DNA of 59,348 nt, filler included, from Platydemus manokwari (taxonomy: Eukaryota): the NCBI GenBank assembly GCA_037951405.1. It is 6 parts of 6 records of this genome, joined end to end, with 100 filler letters (N's around TTAATTAATTAA, not from the genome) between each part and the next. Parts side by side here need not be neighbours in the genome. Positions count along the whole stretch, not along the records: positions 9,403 to 20,330 come from JBBMOY011047745.1; positions 20,431 to 29,953 come from JBBMOY011237320.1; 4 more parts are not named here. One strand, given 5' to 3'. Positions 14,282 through 26,265 of the stretch are shown here, piece by piece. A program made the translations under genes and the position numbers. The notes under the pieces are model-generated. The model had not been told where the DNA came from, searched no databases, and saw nothing but the letters and a program-made list of their open reading frames with translations. Positions within the stretch are counted from its first letter, which is position 1; each line of letters starts with the position of its first letter.

Positions 14282-14601
14282 CTACAGATGACTACAAACA
14301 AAAACAAAATTCTTATATTGTTTTCCCATTGTGTTTGTGCATTTTTAAAAGGTATTCAGAAATCAATTATGCTACTTTTATAAATTAAAATGTCAAATGA
14401 TTCAGTTCTCTGTATTGAAACGAAAAGTAAACACTATATTCATAAATGCAGTAACTATTTACAGTTTAGGATAACTTTGTATATCGGTATACTTTCTGAA
14501 TAGGAGCAGGTGCAGAAATTATTAATTAAATTAATAATAATAATAATAAATGTAATATTAATAGTGATAATAATAATTAATATTATAATTAATATTATTA
14601 T

Positions 14602-16490
14602 TGTGAGGTTTAAAACTTAAATTGAATTATTTTAAATTTAATTTGTTAAATTAAATTAAATAATTTAAAACAAAGAATATTTTTAATTAATTATATTAAT
14701 TATTATTTATATTGGTCAGACCGTTACTGTAACCTCTCAAAATGTTTTAAAAAGTTATTCATAAAATTTCAATGTGTTTAAAAAATAATTTTTATATTGA
14801 TTGGAATTTTTAAAAGAAGGAATATTTGTTTGAATAATGTTTAATATGAAAATATATTTTTCTTGCACTTTAATAGTTACGACTTTTACATATAACCTAA
14901 AAAGCGACGAAGTGTTAGCAACTAACATGGTGACCACGCACCTGGATGCGATCCTAGGTTCGCTGTTGCCAGATAGATTCAAATTGGGGGATAACGTCGA
15001 ACACTTTATTAACAAGTGTAATCGATATTTTGAGGCTGGAAAAATCTCAAAGCACGGTCAATACGCTACCTTATTAGCACGATTGGACGATGGCTTAGTA
15101 GAACAATTTGAGGCGTCAGATGCCAAGACGGGATACGAGGATAGACTTAGGAAGGAATTTGGCCAAAAGAAATCCTTTACCCAAGATTGGATGGAAGCTC
15201 TAAGTTTCAGGAGGAAGGCCGCTCCGACGGATGACTATTTTAAAAAGGTAGATAAAATGGTCGAAGACGTATTGTGTCACAACATAAAATTAAAATTAGG
15301 GATATTGAGAAAGTGAATCAAATAAAAAAACCGTAAAAAAGTAAGAAATAAAGAAAGAGAAGTAAACATGGTAGGAGTAGGAGAATGAACCATGGTATTC
15401 AGAGCACAACCAAAACCCAATCCGTTGGAAAGAGAGGTAGGTAATAGGACGTTCTATAATTGCCAAAAACCAGGGCTTTTAGCACGTAATTGTAAAATCG
15501 AGAAAATCGTGACGTGTTACGCTAGTCACCAAGTAGGTCACATAGCGAGAAATTGTACAAATGTCATAAAGTGCCATAGATATCAATACCGAGGACATCA
15601 TGAGAGTGATTGTTACACACATCTAGAGAGAAGGGGACATCAAAGATCTTACTACAAACAAGGGACATCAACAATCCAGCGAAGGTTTGATCACAGACAG
15701 AACACCAACAGAACAAATGAAAACAGGCAGAGTTTCAACGGACAAAATTACAGAATGGTTAATCGAAATAATAGTCAATAATCGGATTCAGAATATAACG
15801 AAGAACACCCTAAAGAGAACGCACCGACCCCAGGAGAGTTTGTCGGGGCGATACACTAAACAGTAAATCTAAGTCTGAGCAAGATAACGTGAGTATAAGT
15901 AGTCATAAAGATATTTATAATATAAGTAATTTAAATAAAATAAACAAAATAAAAGCTAAAATAAACAAGCGAGACAATACTCAGAACAAAAAAATTGGAA
16001 GGTAGGAAAACAAATCGTAACCGGTAACAACGATGATATAGAATCAGAAAAGAGAGAACAATGGAAAATTGTAAAATTTTTAAAAAGGAGATGATTGACA
16101 AAATGGTAGAAGAACAAGGAGACGAGAAAGTAGTAAGAATATTAACGATCAAGGTGTTAAAGTTTTCCCAGATTTTTTATGATAAAATGCAAGGGAGACC
16201 GAGCATAACTATTAAAATAGAGAATTAAGAATTTGAATGCTTGCTGGTGTAAGAGTAAATGTCATGGATAAGACTGTATTAGAGACACTCGAATAGGTAC
16301 AAATCGAATATACAAGTGAAAGTCTACGATGTGCCAACGACAGTAGATTAGAGGTTGTTAGTAGAATAAGAATAAAAGTCAAGTTATTAAGTCAGTCCAA
16401 GACGATATCATTCATAATAGTTGAGCACATGAAACCGAAGATTATAGGCGGAATAGAGTTTCAAGAAGAATTCGGATTAGAATTACAATT
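14602..16490 (+). mobile_element. Decayed Ty3/gypsy LTR retrotransposon, 5' half (LTR, PBS, gag, protease)
   Basis: Putative LTR TGTGAG...CTAACA (14602-14927) is followed directly by the PBS-like TGGTGACCACG. Then come a gag-like ORF (to 15316), three degenerate CCHC knuckles (15392-15781) and a protease-like GRPSITIKIEN*EFECLL...RVNVMD near 16190-16270. It has frameshifts and stops, and ends at a (TTA)n tract. Confidence 0.85.
14928..14938 (+). promoter_or_regulatory. Primer-binding site of the gypsy element
   Basis: TGGTGACCACG directly after the terminal CA. It resembles PBSs complementary to tRNA-Arg or tRNA-Trp 3' ends; the tRNA is not resolved. Confidence 0.6.
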
Positions 16491-16514
16491 AGAATTATTA
16501 CTATTGTTATTGCT

Positions 16515-16543
16515 ATTATTATTATTATTATTATTATTATTAT
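16515..16543. repeat. (TTA)n microsatellite where the gypsy element ends
   Basis: Read directly. Confidence 0.85.
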
Positions 16544-16854
16544 CAACAAATTTTAAATTAGACTTGTTATATTTATTATAATCGATTTTTTGACAATGGT
16601 GTCTGTTTCAATTGTTAATTAGCTTAATATTATTATTAATATTATTATGATTAATATTATTCATATTTTCAAACTATTTTTCATATTTGAGATATATTAT
16701 AATATTTAGTAAAACAAAATAAATCAATGCCTCAGGATTTATTGTTCAAATCATTACATTTTCAAGCTTGAGCTAGTTTCATGATAGCTCTCCAGCTCTT
16801 TGATGAAATTTTATTATACTTGAATTCGTTCAATTCTTTAAAAGTGCTTCGAAG

Positions 16855-17121
16855 TTAGTCCTTCACATCTTTCAATTCATTTTCTTTACCGCCAGTTTCT
16901 TTTAGCTCCTTCTTTTTTCTTAATAATTTTTCAAGTTGGTTTCCGTATTTCTCAACTTGTTCGTAAATATCTTTGTCTACCGTTTTCTTCAAATATTGTT
17001 TCAATTTTTCAATATCTTCTTTTGTTGGTTTCCAATGTCCTTTCTTACATCCTTCGACCACGGAATCGACAATTAAAATCGTCACAACACTGCATAACAA
17101 TAGAATGAGATTGATTTTCAT
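16855..17121 (-). CDS. Intronless secreted Lys/Glu-rich helical protein (88 aa; frame stays open to 16762)
   Basis: N-terminal signal peptide MKINLILLLCSVVTILIVDSVVEG, then an amphipathic K/E-rich helical body. It has an AAAATG start context, an upstream TATA box and a downstream AATAAA (16738-16743). Confidence 0.75.
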   Translation of the reverse strand: MKINLILLLCSVVTILIVDSVVEGCKKGHWKPTKEDIEKLKQYLKKTVDKDIYEQVEKYGNQLEKLLRKKKELKETGGKENELKDVKD

Positions 17122-17148
17122 TTTGATTGATTCACATTTTACTCCAAC

Positions 17149-17158
17149 TATTTATATA
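17149..17158 (-). promoter_or_regulatory. TATA box of the secreted protein gene
   Basis: TATATAAATA, with a TCA initiator-like motif about 30 nt downstream (near 17128), just before the ATG at 17121. Confidence 0.6.
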
Positions 17159-20100
17159 AATCTTCATTCAATTATCTTAATGGAATCTCATATCCATTAT
17201 CATAATGGGTCACCATTAAAACCTGGTGAAATGTTACTGATTTATGAATTGTGAATCATTTCGACACAAGTAATCGATATTAATTAAGTTGTTGTTATTA
17301 ATTAGCGAGATCATTAAAAACTTTAAAATCAATTAATATCATTTTTGTTTTAATTAGCCAATGACATTATATTTTAATTAACAATTAATATTTTGATGAT
17401 AATAATGAAATGATAATAAATTATTTAGTAATTCGATCTATTTTCATTCAGGCGTTTTCATTAACATTGATGAAAATATTTATCATTAGCTAGTATTAAC
17501 ATCGATAGAACACTTGTCTGGCAAAAAGCTTTAAACTGGAGCATCTTTGTATAGAGAATACATAATCAATGTGGAATATTTTGTTTAAATATTTTTCGAC
17601 CTATTAAAATTTAGTTTCTAAAATATCTCTTAAATCGTTTACAAATGAAGAAGCAAATTTCAATAATTCATAAATTATGTTAAAATTATGTCATTTAGCA
17701 GATTCATGTGAGAATATATGATGTCCACATCTTGACCATTCTGCAAAAAACATTATAATTTATTCTATTTGTTGTCTTTATAAAAAATAATCAAAAATAA
17801 AAATAAACTTTGATAAAATTTTAAACCAACTAAAAACATTTGAGAAATTATAATTTTACAAAATAAATATAAATATAATTTAATTATTAATTATAATGTG
17901 TTCCAAATTATCAATAAAAAAAATTATAATATAATTTATTAATATTATCTAATAGTTAGATTATATCTGAGATGCTTATTTAGATATTCAGAATTATGTT
18001 TTCAAATCGTTCTTATTAGCAGATTTCAAAAATGATAAATCAATAAGTAAGTGCCTAGGAAGAATGATTAGATTAATTTGAGACATGCACGTTGCAGCGA
18101 TGACATTAGAGAAATAATTATTATCAGAGTTCAATGCGGAATTCATCCTTCAGATTTTATTTGAAATATGAGTTTATATATCAAAGTAGTACTTAAATGC
18201 ACCCAGTAATCATGACCATATCCCAAAATAAACGGTAAACCCATTCAAATCATTAGTTATAAACTTAAGAAAAGTGGGAAGAAAAACTAGTAGAAATTTT
18301 TATGTTGAGGTGGAAGTATTCAGAAAATAAGGAACAACGCATGATGATAAAAAACAGAAATCGTTATGAAGGTTTTCTCAGTACTCAACAATGATTGTCT
18401 TCAAATTGAAAATAAAGATGAGAATAAAGATGACAAAAAAGAAATAGTAAGAACAGTTTGTTGTGTCCATGTGGCATTAACACAACCGGAAGTCCCCAGT
18501 GGGCCAGTTCATAAAGCTATTAATCTTCTGAATTATCAAAGGGATTTAATTTAATCCAAAATAATTATCTCAAGAGCAAGAGTAATGAATTACAGACCTC
18601 CATAACACAGCTTAAAAGACAAAACAGTATACTGAAGGAAAAAAGAATTATAAGTCAATGAAGAAGTCCAAAACCTTCTTCAACAAACTATGGTTATAGT
18701 ACATAATGTATTAGAAGGGCTAATAGCCCAATGGATATATTTAGGAAACTTTATAATTTTGGTGAACAGAGTAACAAAAGGAGTAACAAAAAATATATAC
18801 TCTAGAGACTCCTATCTAACTATGTGGATTATGAATTTTCATGAAAACTCATGAAATACAGAAAAAAGCCATGTAGTTGAGACAGTAAGAAAATTGTACG
18901 TCACAGTAGAAGCCAAAAGAAAAGATCATTAATTATTTGAGCCTCAGGAGGCAAAAAGCAAACTTGTTCTTATTTTTAAAACGATTTTCAATATTCATAA
19001 AGTTATTTACGAGTACTAGTAGTATTAAATTGTATAGAATATTCGTGATGGTTATCGAGAACAGAAGTGATAGTTTAATGCATCCTCGAAGTATTTGTGA
19101 GCGTTGTTGTAAGGTCAGGAGCAGATCCTCGGCCGATATTTGCAATAATGTGCACGAACCCGAGTCGTTCTGATTTAACGGACAGAATCTATTCAAAGAA
19201 CTTGGTCCGTTTTATTATGTTTTGTACTTTTTGTGCAAGAATATTGATTTCAATTAAGTGTCGATAACAGCTGTGAATTAATTAAGAAAAAGAAGAAAAT
19301 AATAATTTATTAGTAAGAAGAGAGTTGAAATAAATTTGAAAAGGCCAAGAATAAAATTCTACAAAAGCAGAAATGTTCATGAGACATTAAGCAAATAAAT
19401 ATATGAAGTAAACAATGAAGGAATGTGGAAGAATGGTGAAGAAAAACCCGAAATACAAAAGCCATTATGAGCATCTATGTACAAAATAAGAGACTTGAAG
19501 GAAAACAAATAGATGAAGAAAACACTTAATACTAAATGAAAATAAATTACATAATGACATAACGAAATAAATTCTCGATGTTAATAAATAAAGAAATATT
19601 ATTCAACAAAAGTACCCTCGAGAGACTTAGACAAAAGAACAAAACAAAAGTTGGATTTTCAACAGTTTTTCTTCAACTCAACATCCTTTACAATTAACCT
19701 TACAAAAATTTCAGTTGTGTCTCTTAGGACCATGTAAATGGATAGATAATAATGATCAAATACTGTCACGTGATGTTATAATTATATTGAGAATATATAG
19801 ACAAACTATTGTAATTCGTTTATTTGAGGAAAAAACATAATCTATATTGCAAATAAAATAGTTAAATTAGCAGTTAATAAGTGATATTCATTTAAAAGAT
19901 TTTCATGAATTTGTATTAGTTTTAACAAGTTTAAATTTATCAATTGTAGTGATTAGCATTCGTTTCTAAATTATATATAAAAAATTAATTTCTAATTTTT
20001 CAAATAAAATATTTTTTGAGTTGTGAAAGATACGTTTTGTAAGACCGCTAGTATTTTATAAAACGCACATCGAAAACGAACTGAAAAGACGCGACATCAA

Positions 20101-20258
20101 ATTATGTATTTGAATAGGATTATTTAAACAAATTTATATAATTTTATATCAAAATAAATCTTTAAAAAATTAATTCAATTTAAAACTGTCGCATCTTCGT
20201 TTCTTTAAAATCTTTTATTTTCGTTGTATTCTTAATTGACATTGTATCAAATAATCTA

Positions 20259-20330
20259 TTAGGTTGGTGCAAAAATAATGGCCTTTTTTAAATTGGCTTT
20301 TCATTTTTAAATATTAAATTGAAGATCTTA
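20259..20330 (+). mobile_element. Terminal inverted repeat of a cecropia-subfamily mariner, cut by the gap
   Basis: TA + TTAGGTTGGTGCAAAAATAATGGCC closely resembles the Hsmar1/MADE1-type end TTAGGTTGGTGCAAAAGTAATTGCGG. Confidence 0.8.
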
Positions 20331-20430
20331 NNNNNNNNNNNNNNNNNNNNNNNNNNNNNNNNNNNNNNNNNNNNTTAATTAATTAANNNNNNNNNNNNNN
20401 NNNNNNNNNNNNNNNNNNNNNNNNNNNNNN
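20331..20430. other. Artificial contig-join spacer
   Basis: 44 N + TTAATTAATTAA + 44 N. Confidence 0.97.
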
Positions 20431-21244
20431 AGAGGGCATTACGTCCTATATCTTCTTTTTCGTTTTTGTAATTTTTATTTTAAGTGAAATTTGTGTATTT
20501 TTTAGGTTTTTTTTCTTATTTACAAGTTATTTGATGGATTTCGTAACATGTTACCTGCACCAATACTATACAGAGCATTCCTACTACTTTCTAGTCAGTG
20601 GCAATTAGTACTACAACTATGATGTTATATTGATTTCTTCGATGTTTGGTGTTAACAATTCAGCTACTATACTGTTGTAAATAAAATGAGTTCGCTTTTA
20701 GTTTGATTCTTCGAATACCATGTTCAATGACAACTTAATCATGTCGCTATGTTAAGGTTAAAAACCATTAGCGGAAAAAGCTGAAACTAAAGGATAGTTT
20801 CTCCGAAAAAACTAGCTTACTTGATAGTGCAAAATATGAATATATTTTCAACTTGTTCTTAATTGAGTTATAATTTTCAAAAATTATTTGTTACTCTAGT
20901 TCAAGATATTACGGCCGTATCGGAAGTTTGCTAATTATAATGTTTTTCTTTGAATAATATTTTACTTTAGTATAAAAATAAAATAAATAAACGTCGTTAA
21001 AATATTTAATTAGTGCTATAGATTTACAGTAAATATTTAATGATAGTAACAAATATATGTATTGAATACGTGAAACATACGGGGAGAGAACAAATATTAA
21101 AGTTACTTGATTGATGGTTGATTAAATACTTAAATTATAACTTGGATTTAATAAACTTTTTATTATCTTTTTATACAGAGACCTTCTAAGCTTCATTTTA
21201 TAAAGACTTCCACATTCAAATTTTCTTTCAAAAATGTCTTTCAT

Positions 21245-21423
21245 TATTACAAAGACATTTGCATCTTAACATCTCGAGAGCATACCTTTCTAGAAAGATC
21301 TTCATAAATGTCATTTAGTACACCGTAAGCTCTATTTTCAAGTTCGTCTAAAATTTAAGGATAACTTTGATACAGTACTTCTTTTACATGACTCCAAAGA
21401 AAAAATTCGTATGGTACTAAGTC
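21245..21423 (-). pseudogene. Tc1/mariner transposase C-terminal fossil
   Basis: Translates as DLVPYEFFLWSHVKEVLYQSYP*ILDELENRAYGVLNDI. This resembles the SPDLTPLDFFLWGYLKSKVY...TLEELK motif around the third catalytic residue. Contains stops. Confidence 0.7.
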
Positions 21424-22499
21424 ATTCTTGTGGTAGTAAAGTTATGAAGTCTTCACAGACAATAAGATTCGACAAGGTAATCACTGTTAAGTTCTCTAAG
21501 CAAAGAGAAATGATATCTTCAATAAAAATTTATTTTAAGAATGATGAATCTAATTTTTTATTTGCCAATTTAATTCACAGCATTAGCAACTGCACGAACT
21601 TTATTGTCGTAATTATAATAAGTGCTACTTTTGATCATTGTTACCTCTGGCTTTTGTGCATTGAAAAATGAGGTTTTATTATTTGTATTACCTTCTAGCG
21701 TTTCAGGTTAATTTTTATGGTCCGTTTCCTTAAGGCTTTAAGTGCAACTATTCCTGTATTTGACGTTTCTTCGCCTCGCGTTTCAACAATAGTGTGAAGA
21801 CTATGTGAACGGCGTTAGTAGGTACTTAGTTGAATATATACGGTTTATCTATTTGTTCAGTAGCCTCACTATTTATTATGGAGCGTTTGAGTTATATTGA
21901 CAGTTATCGCCACTACAAAATTATGAACTCGAAATTCAATTGTAAAGGTGACAGTGAAATTACAAATATATATTTTACAATTTTGTGAATTCCAATAACT
22001 ATTTTAGCCCAAGCTTTTAAATCTGCGTGTTGTATCGTCGTTATATTGACATGAGGTCTTTTTTCCGAGTTTCTGTAAACATGAAAAATAAGTATTTTAA
22101 ATTATAGATGAGAATGTTAAATATTGTTGAGGTGGTTTATCATAATATAAGTTCTAATTACGAATGCACAATTTGTAAAAAGATATCAACTAATACGGCA
22201 TTGTTATCAGAATGATTTTGAATTACAATAAGGTTAAATATATTCATCCAAAAATCTTCAACTTTTTTGGACTCTAGATAGATACGAGGTTCTCGTTGCT
22301 TAAACCCTCTGATAGTATAATAAAATATTTAAATATATAAGATAACAAAATAAAATATGAATAAAGGCAAAAATATAACAAAATAAAATGTATTAATCGA
22401 GAATAATTAATAATCTAAACAATGATTTTATAACACCACAAAGCGATGTTCGTTATTGTGGAAGCAGAATAGTAGTTAAGAAACAGTAAAGGGCGTACC

Positions 22500-22640
22500 G
22501 CTTAGGTGTTCGAGTAAGCCTTTGAAGATAAAAATTACAGTGTGGAGATTGAAGTTGAACTTATAGATTTTAACGGACCTCAAGGTTAAGACTAGCCGTG
22601 GGTCTAAATTTAATTAAACAATTAATAAAATTACTCATTG
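22500..22640 (+). repeat. Unclassified interspersed repeat, copy 1
   Basis: Shares ACTAGCCGTGGGTCTAAA (22591-22608) and collinear flanking similarity with 57925-58070. Confidence 0.7.
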
Positions 22641-25600
22641 AATGCATAAAGTTTCGTCAGGAATCAAAGTCTTCAAATTGAAATTGGAATATAATACAAT
22701 AGTTTCAAAATCAATTTCATCGGGTTGCTAAATTTTCATACAGTGATATACGTACGTTGTAATTGTGCAATGGATGTCTGTTACTCTCTGCTTTTATACC
22801 TGCTTGACTACTTTGTGTGCAATGTTTTTGTCCACATCGATTAATATTATTAGCAACACTTATACGTCAGTACTAAAAGTAGTGACAGCCTACAAATTTA
22901 GTCGACAATGAAACCAAATTGGGGTGATTTATTTTTAAGACTGTTTAAGACGCAGTTACCAAAAGTAGATTTTCTGATAACTTTTTTTATGACCTTGAGA
23001 TCGTAACGATAATTTTAGTTATCGATAACAATTAGCTTTATACACCTATCAAGTTCATAAATAATAAACTACTTTTATACTACTATACATGAACACTTAA
23101 TAATGTTATTATCAATTGTTTCAATTATTTTCTATTTACAACTGAATTTGCAAATAAAATTTGTTAAAGCAAAATTTCCACGAATTCATTGAATATTTTA
23201 AAATGGCATTCGTTATATCGCAATAAATTCTACTAACTTTAAAATTTCAAATTGTTTTAATTATTGCTTAGTGTTTGTCTATTCAATTTCAACCATGACA
23301 TTACATCAAACGACTAAAGAGCGTCTCCATTGTAAAGAATTTTTATGAAACAGGAAACTATCCTGAAATTTTTTACAGATATACAGATTTCAAATTAGTT
23401 TAGAAAAATATTTTATTTTTAAATATAATTTTTTTAATGATTGCTTGAATGACTTTGTTTATCTTTTATCTTAAGATATTTTTGATTAAATCAATATTCT
23501 ACAAAATTCAGAAATCAGCTTTTTAATAATTTTAGCCTTTTTGAACCTGTGTTATCGTTTCGAAGGTTATTCTTCTCTAAATTCAAAGATTCCATGTATT
23601 TTATCAATATGAAGTCGGGATAATGTTTTTAATGAAATTTAACACGTAGTTAGAATGATGACATATTCTATTAGATTTTTCGAAAATCTTTAACGTTTTA
23701 TTGTTTTATTTTAGTTATTGTTTACAAATATAAAATTTAAACCTGTGTAATTTCATGAAAAATTTCATTATAGGATTTAGTAGCTTATTCGAATTTTACA
23801 ACGTGATTAACCCTTTCAATAAATAATTCTATTATTTATGATTTTTTTGATCAAGCATTTCTGTCACCTTCAGTTGTTTTATAGTGAAATAAATTTTATA
23901 TTCATTCTAAATCAGTTAAATATAACATAAAAGTTAGTTATACTTAACATGTATATTTCACAATATTTCTTAAAAATTATATACTGTTTCACTTAACTTA
24001 TATGGAGCTTTCATTTCATTATAAGTGCTAAGTATCTAAACTTGTATTTAAGATTATTGCCTAATTTGATATTATAACTAGGCGTACGATGTAGATTATT
24101 TTCAATTAACGTCTTAATATTGTGACGATATTTAAATATCAGGTCACCATAAAATTGGACAAATACCCAATACTGATTTGTATTAAGTTTTCATTTATGT
24201 CATTGAATATGATATAAGAAACCTATGTTTAACATAAACAGAAACCTTTTATAAAAACATACATTGAGATGTTGATTGAAGATTGTGTCGACTACTTCCT
24301 ATAAACCATATTTGAATTCTGGTATTTTACAATAATGATTTTGTTTTATTTAAAATAAATGAAGAGTGGAAATATAATAAGGAAATATGTTGACCATTTT
24401 TGTACATAATTCAGACACTAAATACAGTTCATAGTGTTAAATTTTCTAAAAATCATTTACAATTAGCAATTAAATTAATAACTTTGTTGTAATTAACGCC
24501 GCAGGTCAGTTCATAGTTTAAAGATGTTCAAAAAATATAGTAGTTCAAAGCTGTAAAAATATATTATTTCTAGCATAATTAACTAAACATACTAAACTCT
24601 AACTTCAAACACTTCGATGTGTTGGAATTTGGGTTGGTTTATGGATTGAATTAACACTTAATTGATCAACAACGGATCCTTTATAATTTTGTTTATTTTT
24701 ATCGGTAATTTGAATAAACAACAACTTAACTTACCATTCACGCACTTCTAGTTAAAAACAATGAGGATAATTCGAAGTCAGGTATCATTCAAAACTATAA
24801 ATAATAAATTCTACTCAGTTCTTGACAAAGCTATATCTCCAAATCTGATTGCTGTACTAATTTAATTTCTTTATTAATTTTTCTCAATAAATAAGTTCTC
24901 GTTTAAAATTGATATTTAATTCCAATAATACAAACAAGTATTAAACTAAATTACAATTATTGATTAATGTTAAATTGCTACTCAGTTCTGATACAAATTT
25001 GTGCTACCAACGCAGAATCTACTTGTGGCTGTTACTACGATACTCTGTACATATCCTGGTACAAAACAATTACTGCTATCACTTAGGATATAATTCAAAA
25101 CTACTTTTACGGCTGCATTAACATTTAATGTTTAGTAATAGAGTATAAATATCAATCTACTTTATATTATTTCTTCTTGAAATAGCAAATGACTTTGTTT
25201 GGCCATTCTTTATATGTTATTTCTCGAGCTTTATCCCATAAGTGTGCCTTGTGCATAATGTACTGGGTTGAGATTTTCCACCTTTATCCTTAAGTTACTA
25301 CTAATCCTTTATAATTTCTAAAATTACCTGAATGTATCTAAGAATACATGATATACTTTAAAATTACAAGACATTATCTAGTTATAATATTTTTACATGA
25401 TTCCTTCATTGTTATTTTTGTAATAATTTATTAGTAAGTTTAATTCTTTACGGACGTGTGCTTGTTTTTACAGTAATTTGCAATTTTTTGCATTCTGTTC
25501 ACAAGAGAATGATGTTTTTTAAACTTTTTTGTCACTGATTTCAATTTTGCATTCATTAACTATTTTGTCATTTAACTATTCATTTTTTCGTCAGTTTAAG

Positions 25601-26227
25601 TTGGTTTAGATTGATCATTGGTTGTTCATATCGTGTTTTAGAATATCAATAGACTGTTTTGTAACTATGATTTGTTTTAACCCTAACACTAACCCAGAAA
25701 TCACGAATGTTATTACCGGACAAAAATTGGTATACATATTATAGCTTAATTTCATATACCATTAGTAAAGTTTTTTATTTAGTAGAACTGAAACTGTATA
25801 AATTTTTTATTTCTGATTTTTAACAGAATGAAATTTTATGGACTTTAATTTAATTTTCTGCAAATAACAGTATTTTTGGAAAATTTTATTTTTATAATTT
25901 ATTTGTTTTAATTTTTGAAATGGCTTTAATAATTATCGAAGTCTTATTGGTATTTTATAATTTTCCTCTTAGGCAGTTTTATTTTTATTACGATTTAAAA
26001 ATCTTCATTAAATAATACGTCTAAATATGATCACAGGATTTCATAGGTTTCTCTACATTAATACTCAAATTGCTTTTTCAGTGAATTTAATTTGTATTGT
26101 ATATGAATATTCATATCATGTGTTTTATGAAATTTCTATTTATTAAGTTTAAAAATGGCACTGAATGTTTGAATTCAATAATAATATTATCTTTTTTAAT
26201 AATAAAAATTTGCTATTTCCTCTATTT

Positions 26228-26265
26228 CAGAGGTGGCCAACTTTTGTGTACGTAAGATCGACTTC
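26228..26265 (+). mobile_element. hAT-type terminal inverted repeat fragment
   Basis: CAGAGGTGGCCAAC...TACGTAAGATCGACTT, the same family as the element at 56314-56405. Confidence 0.7.

Noticed and set aside
4484-17121. Stop-codon reassignment (TAA as sense), suggested by the in-frame TAA in the secreted gene
   Set aside because: EEF1AKMT1 and RPUSD4 end at TAA where homologs end, and no intact conserved exon contains an internal stop.
14755-17254. ORFs 14755-15015, 15931-16152 and 16973-17254
   Set aside because: They are antisense shadows of the gypsy element and the secreted gene.
25678-25695. Telomere-like TAACCCTAACACTAACCC
   Set aside because: Only three imperfect units; more likely part of a transposon fragment.
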